In this document: one piece after another, positions 39,658 to 50,523 of the stretch
Position numbering within the stretch: the stretch's first letter is position 1
How the letters are laid out: each line of letters opens with the position of its first letter
From: a virus
Length of the DNA stretch: 64,000 nt
Virus record (IMG/VR): IMGVR_UViG_3300028805_000116
Direction: 5' to 3' (one strand)
Made by a program: the position numbers and the translations under genes
The notes under the pieces: model-generated
What the model saw: the letters and a program-made list of their open reading frames with translations, nothing else
Databases searched by the model: none
What the model was told of the DNA's origin: nothing

Positions 39658-40347
39658 ATGGCTATATTTAATACAGTTTATGGAGGTACAGGATGAGGAT
39701 GGAAACCTAGTGCATCTGTAACTGCACGATACAAATTTGCATTAGATACGAAAGATTATTCTTGAAATAATAGGAATGCAACAGAGCAAACAAGTACACT
39801 TTCTTATGCGATGGATGGTAACTTAGTCTATGCAGTATTTAATAACACTATGCTTTCTGCGAGTAATTGATTAAGTAGTGCTAACTATACAGCATCTGCT
39901 TGGATAAAATCTAGTGAGGTAAAGACTTGATATGTGCTAATTACTTGATGAAGTAACCACAATATGCAACCGTTATTAGTTGGTATATCTAGCGAAACAA
40001 ATAACAAATATATCTTCAAATCTCAATATTGGATATGAAGCCCTAGTTATTGTCCACCTATTTGAACTGCACCAGATGAATTAGTAATACCGCTTAATCA
40101 ACGAAAGCTAATTACATCAGTAAGAAAAGATGGGGTTTGTTATCTTTATGTAAATTGAAGTTTATGATATTCAGGTTCTATCACAACAGAATTAAGAACA
40201 GAAGAATGGCATATATGAAACCAATGGTCTAACTCTACACTTAATTTTAATGGTTGAGTATCAAACTTAATAATAGACCAATCTCCACGAACAGCAGATG
40301 AAATCCTAGCATATTATAACCAAACGAAATCTAACTACTGACTTTAA
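39658..40347 (+). CDS. LamG/ConA-like jelly-roll protein, 229 aa. Tail fibre/receptor-binding accessory candidate. Ends ...AYYNQTKSNYGL.
   Basis: ATG 39658 to TAA 40345-40347. Confidence 0.45.
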
Positions 40348-40377
40348 TCAGACTTTTTAAATTCTTTAAAGACAGCG

Positions 40378-41634
40378 ATGCCAATAATAAATATGGTATA
40401 TAAGAAGAAAAAGGGATGGAAACCTTGAGCTAATACACTTTTATATTTACCATTAAATTCAACTGATACATATACAGATAAGAGTTGAAATAATATATCT
40501 ACTACAAATAGCAATGTAACATTTGGAGATTATTATTGAGTTGAGTGCGGAATTTTTAATTGAAGTAATACTCATATACAAGTTACTCCATTTGCTATAC
40601 CAGATACAGTAACATTATTATGCCGAACTCGTTGACCATCAATATCATCATCTTACGATGCTAAGATATTTGATGCTAGAAGTAACCCAACTATAACTAC
40701 TTGAAAAATACCAACAACACGAAGTGACTGAAAAAATGCTTATTTTGCTTGGTTGAATAATTGAGGAATAAATACTGTACAAGGAATTAATGACCAATGG
40801 TTTTTGTTCGCTGTTACTATATGATGATGAACTGTAGATATATATGCTATATGAGATAATCTTAATATACATTTATCAGATAGTTGAACTATAAATGCGT
40901 GAACTCCATCACAGATAAATATCGGAAATGAATATAATAATGGTGCTAGTAGATATTATAGTTGATGAATAAGCGAGCTTATATTAGAAAATAAAAAATG
41001 GACAGCAGATGAAGTAACAGCATATTATAACCAAACAAAATCAAACTACTGACGGCCTAAAAGGTTACCATCAGCTTATCAAGAAGTAGAGTATATACAG
41101 AGTAGCTGAACTCAATATTTTAGTGTGTTAAATTCATTCAAGACAAGCTATAAAACTGTAATAGATTTCCAAATGGTAACCACTTGATGAGATTATATCC
41201 CATTATGAATGCTTAAGGCTGATGCTAGTTATAAATATTGAATAAATGCTTATAGCTGATATTTCAAAGTAATAAGTTGAAGGTCTTGGGCAAATACTAA
41301 ATCAGAAGATAAAAATAGACATACTTTTATAATTGATAAAAGTACAGTAACAGTAGACTGAACAAATTATAGTATTAATTATGTAGATGTTACATTTGAT
41401 TTTTGAATTTGAGTATTTGCATATCATAGTAATGGGGGCACACTATGGCAATTTCTTTCAAGTAATAAATTATACAAACTAGATATATATGATGAGGGTG
41501 GAACACAGATTTTTAATGGAGTGCCTTGTTATAGAAAAAGCGATAGTGTAATATGAATGTACGATGTAATAAATAAAGTATTTTATACAAATGAATGAAC
41601 TTGAACATTTACTAAATGACCAGATGTAAACTAA
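40378..41634 (+). CDS. Paralogous LamG-like protein, ~418 aa. Contains an internal ...AYYNQTKSNYGRPK junction.
   Basis: ATG 40378 to TAA 41632-41634. Shares a sequence block with the preceding gene. Confidence 0.45.
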
Positions 41635-41643
41635 TCAGATTTA

Positions 41644-41714
41644 TCTCCCATCGTTTAAGTCTAGGAACACCATCAGTAAGGATGGAAATGAAAGGTAAGG
41701 TCTTTCTGGGAGAT
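41644..41714 (+). ncRNA. tRNA-like cloverleaf element, copy 2. Acceptor tctccca/tgggaga, anticodon-arm ccatc/gatgg, T-arm gaaag/ctttc. Flanked by direct repeats aatcagattta.
   Basis: See 39551-39621. Covariation preserves the pairing. Confidence 0.4.
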
Positions 41715-41921
41715 TTAATCAGATTTATTTCTTTTCTTTAACCAATGACCGTAACTCTTACTTTTACCCTCTTTATAGTTCTGTGTATCCTAGTGGGGTA
41801 TGAGATATTTAGAAAATAATAAAAAGCTGAATGACTAAACTATTTGAGAGAAAAGCAACGCTACTAGATACAAGTCGAACTATATATTAACTCAGCCTTT
41901 TACCCCTTCCTTTAACCTAAT

Positions 41922-42056
41922 ATGCTAAAATTACTTCTCCTTCTTATATTCTTAGTCCTATTTGTGATAGGAATCATTAAGATAGATTTATTTCTATTTA
42001 GAGTAATTGTCGCTATAAGCATTATAGCTTTAGTGGCAATATTAAATTATCTTTAA
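41922..42056 (+). CDS. Small hydrophobic membrane peptide, 44 aa
   Basis: ATG 41922 to TAA 42054-42056. Almost entirely L/I/V/F. Confidence 0.35.
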   Translation: MLKLLLLLIFLVLFVIGIIKIDLFLFRVIVAISIIALVAILNYL

Positions 42057-42075
42057 TCTTTACATTATATAAACA

Positions 42076-42384
42076 ATGACAAATATTTTCATTTGGCTTA
42101 TTGCTATTTCTGTAGTAATCACTAGCATAGTTTCTTTTGCTAAGCCAGCTTATAAGAAATTCGCAGGAAAATTTGCAGTAAGTATTAACATTCTTTTAAG
42201 TTTTATCCTTTGAGAAGTAGCTTCTTTCTCAGTAGCTCCTCTATTAGGATTGGAATTCAATTCAGGACTTCTTATTCTTTTAGGGTTAGCTCTTTGAACT
42301 GGGTCTAACTTATGGTATGACCTATGGGAAATTGTTAAATGATTAGGAGTTAAACTTAAGAAGGGGATTGAAGAAGTGAAATAA
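42076..42384 (+). CDS. Membrane protein, 102 aa, two predicted TM helices. Holin/lysis-associated candidate.
   Basis: ATG 42076 to TAA 42382-42384. Confidence 0.4.
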
Positions 42385-42385
42385 G

Positions 42386-42430
42386 AAAAAGTTATAACAA
42401 AACCCTTAAAATATATAATCTAAATATAGA
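42386..42430 (+). promoter_or_regulatory. Conserved promoter-like motif aaaaagttataacaaaacccttaaaatatataatctaaatatag, copy 3. Followed by a 9-bp stem hairpin at 42445-42481.
   Basis: See 8292-8334. Confidence 0.5.
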
Positions 42431-42509
42431 GAAACTATTTCTCTGTAGCTCCTACTTTATTCCCCCGATAAGGTAGGAGCTTTAATTTTATTAAATAATT
42501 TTAATTGCT

Positions 42510-43001
42510 ATGAGAGCACTTAAAACTTTTATGAGAAATCGCAAAGCAGAAATGCTAGGTTGCGGAGAATGTAAGTGTAGAACTTTACAATGCCGACGTT
42601 ACGCAGATGAATTCTGTAATTGTGGTGATGCAACAATCTGAGATATGAGAAGTTATGCAGAGAACCGATTTGCGACTTCAGAATTAATGAATAATGTAAC
42701 AGACCCAGATACAGTTCAAGCTAATGCTGATACAATTATAGAATGAGCTTGAGAAGAATTGCGTCCTTTCTATAATGCCGTTAAAGCAGGTAATACATTT
42801 GAAAAATATGTTACTGATGAAGGATTAACTGTAGATGAGACTGGAACTTGTGATGATGAATTAGCTAATACAGATGCTGCGTTCATATTATATGTATCTG
42901 CTATGGGAGCTATTGATTGTAAATATCTATGATTGAATAGTGGTAATTTAATCAACGCTACAGAAATAGCTGCTTATTTAGATAGCATTAATGCAGATTA
43001 A
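42510..43001 (+). CDS. Cys-rich hypothetical protein, 163 aa (CGECKCRTLQCRRYADEFCNCGD)
   Basis: ATG 42510 to TAA 42999-43001. Confidence 0.45.
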
Positions 43002-43023
43002 TTTACCCCTTAAATAAATTATA

Positions 43024-43164
43024 ATGAAATTTAAATATAAACCAGGGAAAGAAGATTACTTCGATTACCTTAAAAAATTAATATGAGTTAAGAAAAAGAA
43101 ACCTTCCAAAAAGGAAAAGGAAGAAAAGGTAGACTACCTCTCTTTAGATGAATTAAATAAATAG
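43024..43164 (+). CDS. Small Lys-rich protein, 46 aa
   Basis: ATG 43024 to TAG 43162-43164. Confidence 0.3.
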
Positions 43165-43166
43165 CA

Positions 43167-44291
43167 ATGCCAACACAAGAAGAATTAAATGCTGCACAGG
43201 TTGAATTAGATATAGCTAATGATAACTATGCGCAGCTAGCTGATAGATATAATAAATATCAGCAATTATTCCAGACTTATGCTAGTTCTAGTCCAGAAAT
43301 CCAGAATAGAGCTGCTGCTGCTATGTGAAGAGCTTTGGAAGATTACTATCAAACTCAGGAAAAGATGAAGGCAGCTGAAGAAAGAATAGCCCAGGCCCAA
43401 AATGTAATGAATAATTATAATGAAATTATAGCTAATCAGCCTGCGCAACAAACAACTACAAGAAGAGTAGTTAGACAAAATCCTAATTGAACAATAACAG
43501 AAGAAGTAATAGCGGAACCAATACAAAATAATTCACGAGCTGCTATTGGAACTACAACAGATTGAAGAACTATTACTACTGACCCTAATAAAGTAATATA
43601 TGCTGCCGATTGAGCAGTAGTAGTAAAAAGTAGCTGAATAGCAGATAAATTTAATAATACCACTATTTGATATACTGCTGATTGAAGACCAATCAAAATT
43701 CAAAAAGAAATAGACTCGATACCTGTAGAGACGACTGTAGCTTGATATACTTCTAATTGAAGCCCAATCTATTGACCAGCTCCACAAGGAACTACTTGAA
43801 CACAATGAACTACGATAGTAGCACAGCCTTTATTAAATGGAGGACCAATTACATCTAACTGAACTCCGACTATTGGCTGACCTTGACAGAGCGGTACCCA
43901 AAGCTGATGAAGGATTTCTACAACTACAACAAATAACTCTTTCTGATGAGCAGGGTGGACATATAACGCTGACGGGTCAATGACTTCACCAAATTGACAA
44001 ACTAAGGTTTATGCTGACTGAAGTATTTCTTTTTGACCAAATTCAACAACATCTACACCTCGTAGAAGGATAAATATTACTCCATCTACCAATCCTATAG
44101 ACAGAATTAAATGAACATATAATATGGGAGTTTGAGCAAATAATACCTTATATAATGTAGCTAAAGCGAGAGTTGGATATAATAATTTAACAGATTGGAA
44201 TTGAATTGGCTGAATAAGAGATAACCTTCAATGATGAGTTAATATGATTAAAGGCGCTGCTTGAGCTGTAAAATGAGCTGCGCAATTTAAT
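43167..44291 (+). CDS. Hypothetical protein, ~374 aa. Coiled-coil N-terminus, Gly/Thr-rich C-terminal half.
   Basis: ATG 43167 to TAA 44289-44291. Confidence 0.45.
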
Positions 44292-44341
44292 AAATGACTT
44301 AATCAATTCCAGTGAAACTTTAATTAAATAACTTTTAACTT

Positions 44342-45622
44342 ATGGCAATAAATAATTGAAGACAAGTAATTACCTGAGGGTATATGGACCCTAATGGTAA
44401 TATTGTAGAAGAAACTCAATGGGTGCCAAATACTACACATAGTCCAGACCATATCTTAAATCAAGTTAACAGTATATTAGATTGAACAAAAACTCCAGCA
44501 CAGGTTAGAGTAGAAGACAATATATATTGAACTCCTACTGTTAATTCTACTAATACAAATTCTTGACCAAGTATGTCTAGCATATTCTCTCCTCAAGAAA
44601 CATATCAATATCGTTCAGAATGATATTATAATCAAGGGGATACTACTTTATGAGACGCTTGGAAAAATTTAGCTGATTGAATAGGTAAATATAGCTCAGA
44701 AGCTAACTCAACTTTATCAGGTTATAATTCTTTATTAAACTTTATAAAGAATAATGAGGAATGATTACAATGAACAACCTGAAAAGTATATGATAAATTG
44801 GTTAGTTGAATTCAGAGCGATTATGATTATGCTAATAGGATGTTCTGACCTGAAGGGGAATTAACTAAAGAGGTAAATCAATATTATGATGATTTATGAA
44901 ACTACTTAGCTTCAGACGCTTGAAGGCAGGCTGCGACTATAGCTGCTCAATGAATACATACCTGAGCCTCATTAGGTTCAATTAGAGCTCAACAAAACGA
45001 AGCCTATAATCAAAGTTTCCAAAGATATGTTCAGGCTAAAGAACAACAGATTAATGCAAAGCAACAGCTTGCTAGTAATTTGCTTAACTTTATGTCTACA
45101 TTAAGAAAAGAATATTGAGACACAACAAATACTTATATTATTGAAATGTATAAGAGAGCTGCTGATTTATATGAGAAAACAGCAATGTCAGCCCTTGCAG
45201 ATTTGAATGCGTTTAATAATATGAGTGCTACAGCAAGTTGAAGTTGATGATGAGGAAGTTCATCTACTTGAAGTTCAATCTTAGATGGTATCCTAGATGA
45301 TATGAAGACTAAGAAGACTCTTTTAGACGCTTGATATACAGAAGAGCAGGCTGATGAATTAATCGCAAATGCGAAGAAAACAGATAAAAAAGATTCAACT
45401 ATAGTTAAATCTGAAAGTGAAATAGATGCAGCCAAGAAGAAGCTTAACCAAACACAACCTAAGTCTAATAGTACAGCCGCTCAAAAAAAACAAGCAGTAA
45501 GAGATGCAAATGCTGCATTACAAAAACTAAAAGATGAAGCTTGGTATACAAAACTCTGAGGTAATTTGGCTACGGCGGCAGTTAATCTAACCCCTAATCG
45601 GTTAATAGATATGTTCAATTAA
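44342..45622 (+). CDS. Hypothetical protein, 426 aa
   Basis: ATG 44342 to TAA 45620-45622. Confidence 0.45.
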
Positions 45623-45636
45623 AAAATAAATAACTA

Positions 45637-45888
45637 ATGGCACGTAATATATTTTCTAGGCAGGTGTGGAAACTTCAACAAAGAGGTTTCCCCCTTGCAG
45701 ATGCTAAACGTATAGCATATTATCAGCAGGTAAAGAATGGGAACATTAAACCTGGCACATATCAATTGACAGATGAATGAAAAGAATATAGCAATCTTTT
45801 TTCTGAAAAGAGAGCTGTAATAAGAAAAAATAGAGCTAGACAAAATCAGCTAGCTAAAAAACAAAATGCTTTAAATTGAATATTATAA
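45637..45888 (+). CDS. Small basic protein, 83 aa
   Basis: ATG 45637 to TAA 45886-45888. Confidence 0.4.
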
Positions 45889-45890
45889 AG

Positions 45891-46331
45891 ATGCGTTGTG
45901 ATTTATGTAATAAACCAACTAGATGTAGCTGTAAATGAGGTTGATGTCCTTGATGTAATTCAACCAATAAACAAATATCCCTTATGAATGATTTAATTAA
46001 GTTCTGACTTAGTAAAGATATTGTAAAGGAAAGACTTAAAGAAATACATTCCTATACAGATAAGATAGATGGATATACATTATATGAATATATTACAGGA
46101 GAAATCTCTGAAGAAAAATTCAAAGAAGCTTTAGAGACTTATAAGCCTAAATATGGATGATATCACCCAAGTATATATTCTAATAAAGCTGTCTCTAATT
46201 GAGTTAATCCTAATAAGCAATGCGTTTATAAGAAACCTTGAGTCTGGGAAAGATGTATCTATTGTAATTCTATTAAGAAATATATGATATGAAAAGAATG
46301 CCCTATGCATAAATGAGAAGAAAATGAATAG
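45891..46331 (+). CDS. Zn-ribbon/Cys-rich protein, 146 aa (CDLCNKPTRCSCKGGGCPGC...CIYCNS...CPMH)
   Basis: ATG 45891 to TAG 46329-46331. Confidence 0.45.
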
Positions 46332-46383
46332 AAATCGCAGGTACTTTCGTAGTCAAAAATAAAATAAGACACGTTAATATATT

Positions 46384-46420
46384 AAGGTGGATAATTGTTC
46401 CACCTTTAATTTATTTCATA
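46384..46420 (+). terminator. Rho-independent terminator (aaggtgga-taattgt-tccacctt + T-run). Part of a ~50-bp element repeated at 48733-48785.
   Basis: 8-bp perfect stem followed by taatttatttc. Confidence 0.5.
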
Positions 46421-46431
46421 ATTTATACATT

Positions 46432-47358
46432 ATGGAAAACTTAACAGAAGAACAAATAAAAGCTTTTGAATGAGCTCTTACATTACCAGAAGATATGGCT
46501 GAAGCCACAGACTTCGAAGCTACAGAAGCAATTAAAGTTGATTATGACGTTAAGCTCCCAGAGTTCTTTTCTCTATGAAAATGGATTTACAAGACTTCTA
46601 ATCAATGAACTCTTTGAGCTTGTACTTCATTATGAACTACGCATTGAGTACAAATCTTACAGGTAAAAAAGAATTGAGTAGAGCCAACAGATAGGAATAT
46701 AATTACTCCACAATGGAAGGACCTATGGAGTAAGATGGGTCACTCAACTACTAAATATGATGGTTGAGACTATGTAGAGAAAGCCGTATCAACTGCGTTA
46801 AAGGAATGAATTCTTATTGAGGAGAATTGACAATTAGCTAAATTCGATGCTTATGCTACTTGAGAATGGGATAGAAGCGATAAGGCTATCGACCTAATGA
46901 AGAGATATCTTTATCAAGGTTGCCCTATTGTGTGGTGTGTAAGGTGAGATAAAACAACTTGGAGCGAGATGACTAAATGAGAAATCAAAACTGTTCCTAC
47001 AACTCCTACGGGATGACATTGTATAGCACTTGTCGGTTGGGATAATTGAGGATTCTGGTTTGTTAATAGCTGGAGTGCTAACGATGGTAAGAAACTTAAA
47101 TCTAGGTTCTACATTTCTTTTAAGACTATGAAAGATTTTGGATATAGATTTAACTATAGATATTGGGTTCTCTATATGAAAGAAGACGAAGCTAAAAGTG
47201 CAGAATATCTAAAGAGAAAGAATAGGGCTTTAGTAGTATTGCAAGCCCTTAAAAAATTATATCCTGAAGAGAACTCAGATGTTAAGATAGGGATTGAAAC
47301 TTTAAGCAGAGCTCTACGTAAAAGTTATCCAGAGCTTAATACAGATTTACCGTTGTAA
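46432..47358 (+). CDS. Papain-like (C1-type) cysteine peptidase, 308 aa. Catalytic-type motifs NQGTLGAC, GGHCIALVGW, NSWS. Candidate endolysin/peptidase.
   Basis: ATG 46432. Same frame as track ORF 47128-47358. TAA 47356-47358. Q/C/H/N-S-W order matches the papain fold. Confidence 0.5.
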
Positions 47359-47381
47359 AATTTAATTTTAAATAGAAAATA

Positions 47382-47888
47382 ATGTCTTGAGAATTCAGTG
47401 CAGCTGGTGCCGTCGCTAGTGTAGCAGGGGGGATAACGCTTGCTTCTGTACTAGAATATCTACAATTAAGTGGAGAAGTTTATGCTATTTTTGCAGGGCT
47501 TCTCTTTTTAGATTTTGTCTTTTGAATAGCTGATGCTTATTTTGAAAATAAACAAAGTGTAACTTCAACAAATGCTTGGAGAGGAATATTTAAAAAATTC
47601 TCCAAATTAATGCTCCCCTTGATAGTAATATTTGTTTTAAAATGAGTTGGCGCTGAGGATATATCTATGTTAGTGACAAGTGTAATGAGTATATTAATCA
47701 TAACAGAGTGATACTCTATTATCTGACATATATATTCAATTAATACTTGAAGCCACTTGTCAGAGATAGATGCCTTTTCTTTGCTTATAGAATTTATCGC
47801 TAACTTATTTAAGCAGAAGCTACCTAGAAAAGAAGAAAATTTAGAAACTATTAAAGAAGATGAGCAAACCACACAGGATAACCATTAA
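47382..47888 (+). CDS. Holin, 168 aa (phage_holin_4-like: ...YAIFAGLLFLDFVFGIADAYFENK...)
   Basis: ATG 47382 to TAA 47886-47888. Membrane topology and sequence resemble the LL-H/phi-29-type holin family. Confidence 0.55.
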
Positions 47889-48243
47889 TGGGCAGGAATA
47901 TCATCTTAACAAATGTATCCCAGCTGATGCTAAATCAGAACACCATATAGTTTGACGCTGTAATAGAGTACAATATAATACAAATGAAGCTATTAATAAA
48001 GTGTTAATCGCAGATAGAAAGCACCAAGCTCTCAATAGGTTCTATGGGCAATCACAAAGTCCACACGAGCAATTAAGAGATATGGTAAAATTATGGGAAC
48101 CTGTGTTAAGTGATGTAGTGAGAGAGGAGTTATATGCTATTCTCTCCTTACCTAGATGAGCTTTCTATCAGCCAGGAATGGTAAAGAAAAAATATGAAGA
48201 TAAGGAATTATTCTCTGACGAAAAGAGTCATTTTTATAAATAA
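47860..48243 (+). CDS. Hypothetical protein, 127 aa, overlapping the holin 3' end out of frame
   Basis: ATG 47860 to TAA 48241-48243. Positions indexed carefully. Confidence 0.4.
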
Positions 48244-48273
48244 TTTTTACCCCATTACCCAATTAAAAAAAAT

Positions 48274-48498
48274 ATGACAACAATTAAAGATGTTGAACCA
48301 GTAGAAGTTTTATGAACAGATTGAAAAATTTACAAAAGAATGCCTTGTGAAGTTTACACAAGAGTTATGGGTTATATCAGACCAGTAAGTTGATACAACC
48401 CTTGAAAGAAAAGCGAATTTTATGGAAAGAAATTTTTCGAAGAAAATAAAGTTTCAAACTCAGATTTTATCCGTAAATATTGAAAACAAGATGCCTAG
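48274..48498 (+). CDS. Stand-alone NrdD-like glycyl-radical module, 74 aa (...CEVYTRVMGYIRPVSGYNPGKKSEF...)
   Basis: ATG 48274 to TAG 48496-48498. Matches the class III RNR C-terminal motif RVxGYL...(F/W)NxGKxxE. Confidence 0.5.
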
Positions 48499-48716
48499 TA
48501 AGGTTTTAATGATTTGTGGTGAGACTTGTATAAAATGTAAATTTCTAAAGCCACATCTTGAAAAGTTCTGTTTAGATAATAATATCCCTTTTGAAGAAAA
48601 AGATGTGAATATGGCTACGCCTGAAGAAATTGAATGAGCTACTTCATTGCCAGTAGTATGGTTCGACGACAAACAAATAGATTATGACGAAGCTCTATCT
48701 ATTATTTCTAAATAGA
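48491..48716 (+). CDS. NrdH/glutaredoxin-like redoxin, 74 aa. CxxC = CIKC. Also LPVV motif.
   Basis: ATG 48491 overlaps the previous stop (ATGCCTAG). Track ORF 48422-48637 extends through TGA to TAG 48714-48716. Confidence 0.5.
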
Positions 48717-48820
48717 AACCATAGGTAGTACCGTTATCAAAAATAAAATAAGACACATAAAAATATTGAGGTGGACAATTATTCATCTCAGATAAAATTT
48801 TACATTAAAATAGATAACCT

Positions 48821-50239
48821 ATGAGCGATTGTAAATGTAAACATCCTTGTAATCCTTGCAATGATAATTGTCCAGATGATGAAGAAATTACTGAGGTAGA
48901 GCTATTAGATGCCGATGAATGCTCTGGTCCTTGCGGTGGATGTTGCTCTAGTTGATGTAAGGATAATTGCTGAATAAATATTCAATCTACAAATGAATGT
49001 CTTACTGTAGATACATCAGAATGTTGAGTGGTTAAACTTACAGTAGAATGTCCTAAACCTACATATGTAAAGGCTTGAGATAACATTACTGTAGAAGAAG
49101 AAACTCCTCCAAGCGACTGTTATTCAAATTGATGAGATTGTTGAATAAAGTGATGATGGAAGATAAGCTCTACAGATGAAAATGTTAAAGCTTGTGACAA
49201 TGATAGCACACCCTGAACATTAATAGATAAACTAGAAGAAGGACATTGAATAAATATTGACCCTATAGGGTGTGATTGAAGCAATAGTAAATTAAGAATT
49301 TCATTTGATGATAGCGTTATACCTCCTTGTCCAACTCCGCCTAGGATTATAATAAATGACCAGTCTGAGTTAATTGATGCTAGAGTTAGTTGAACAGACT
49401 GACATACTATAACTATTACAGATAAAGATAAGTGAGTATTCTATGCTAAGCTAGTATTAGCTGATAATCATATATGGACTGAAGCCACTTGAAAAGAATG
49501 AGTTTGGGAACAGTATCTATGAGAAAAGGCTGCAGTTAATTGGAAACCTGTTAGACAATCTTGATGAGCTTTAGATGTGAGTGCTTCTCTACGTAAGTGA
49601 TTAGCATTCTTTAACTGAACTGACGCTGCTCCAGGATTATGAATAATAGAAATTACAAAGAAATGATTATACCAGGTATGATTTTCTTGAAGTGCTGAAT
49701 TCTCTTATTGAGTACACGCATTTAGAGTACAGCTATATAAAATTCCAAAAGCAGATAGAAGTAAGACTAATACCATAATTGAGAGTAGATACTCTTGACC
49801 ACTAGGTTATGAACCTTGGCAGCCTGTTATAGGCAATGCAGGTAATATTAAATTTGTTTCTAATGTTACTTGATGATGATGAGAAAGTAGACCTGACGTA
49901 GAAAAATGAGAATATCATATGGATTATCCATTAATATGAGAAAAAACCGAAGTAGAATGACAGCATTGAATCTGATATTCTGCTTCGTTATGAGCCGTGA
50001 TGGATAGAGTAACTGTAACAGGTAATACTATAGTAGAATTGGACGAATGAGATAGGTTGCGTATTTGATTAAAAATGTCTACATCAATAATGCACTCTTG
50101 AGATATGATGGCTAAAATTCCTGCAAGTTTCTTAACCTGACATTTTGCTTTGCTATGAGCTGACGCAGGACAAAGTGATAATGGATGAGAAGCTTGATTC
50201 TCTTATTACGCTAACCTTATTCATCCTTTACTTTCTTAA
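48821..50239 (+). CDS. Cys-rich N-terminal domain + jelly-roll-like C-terminal protein, ~472 aa. Tail fibre/receptor-binding or lysis accessory candidate.
   Basis: ATG 48821 to TAA 50237-50239. Many in-frame TGA. Confidence 0.4.
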
Positions 50240-50243
50240 TAAC

Positions 50244-50274
50244 AAAAATCCCCTTTTCCGAGGGGATTTTTTTG
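50244..50274. terminator. Bidirectional rho-independent terminator (aaaatcccc-ttttccga-ggggatttttttg) at the junction of the convergent gene blocks
   Basis: Perfect GC-rich stem flanked by A-run and T-run. Confidence 0.65.
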
Positions 50275-50523
50275 TAAGCAAAATTCAATAGTTTTTGCTA
50301 GAGATATAACAAATGACTACAACAAACCAAACAATTTTGGATGATTGCAACCTATATATAATAAATTCCTAACGAATTGCAAGAGAAAAATTACATATAA
50401 CTTAAGAATAGACAAACTCATAAGAAAACTGTAATTGCTATACATAGTATAGAAAAGCTTTTCTCTAATTCTTTTACCTTCTTTTCTAGTTTAGAGGTTC
50501 TAGCTATTTGGCTTTCCAGAATT

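Noticed and set aside
39551-41714. Interpreting the two cloverleaf elements as TGA/TAA/TAG suppressor tRNAs
   Set aside because: Anticodon loops (agaaag / agtaag) contain no UCA, UUA or CUA, and the loop is 6 nt, not 7. Kept as tRNA-like structural elements only.
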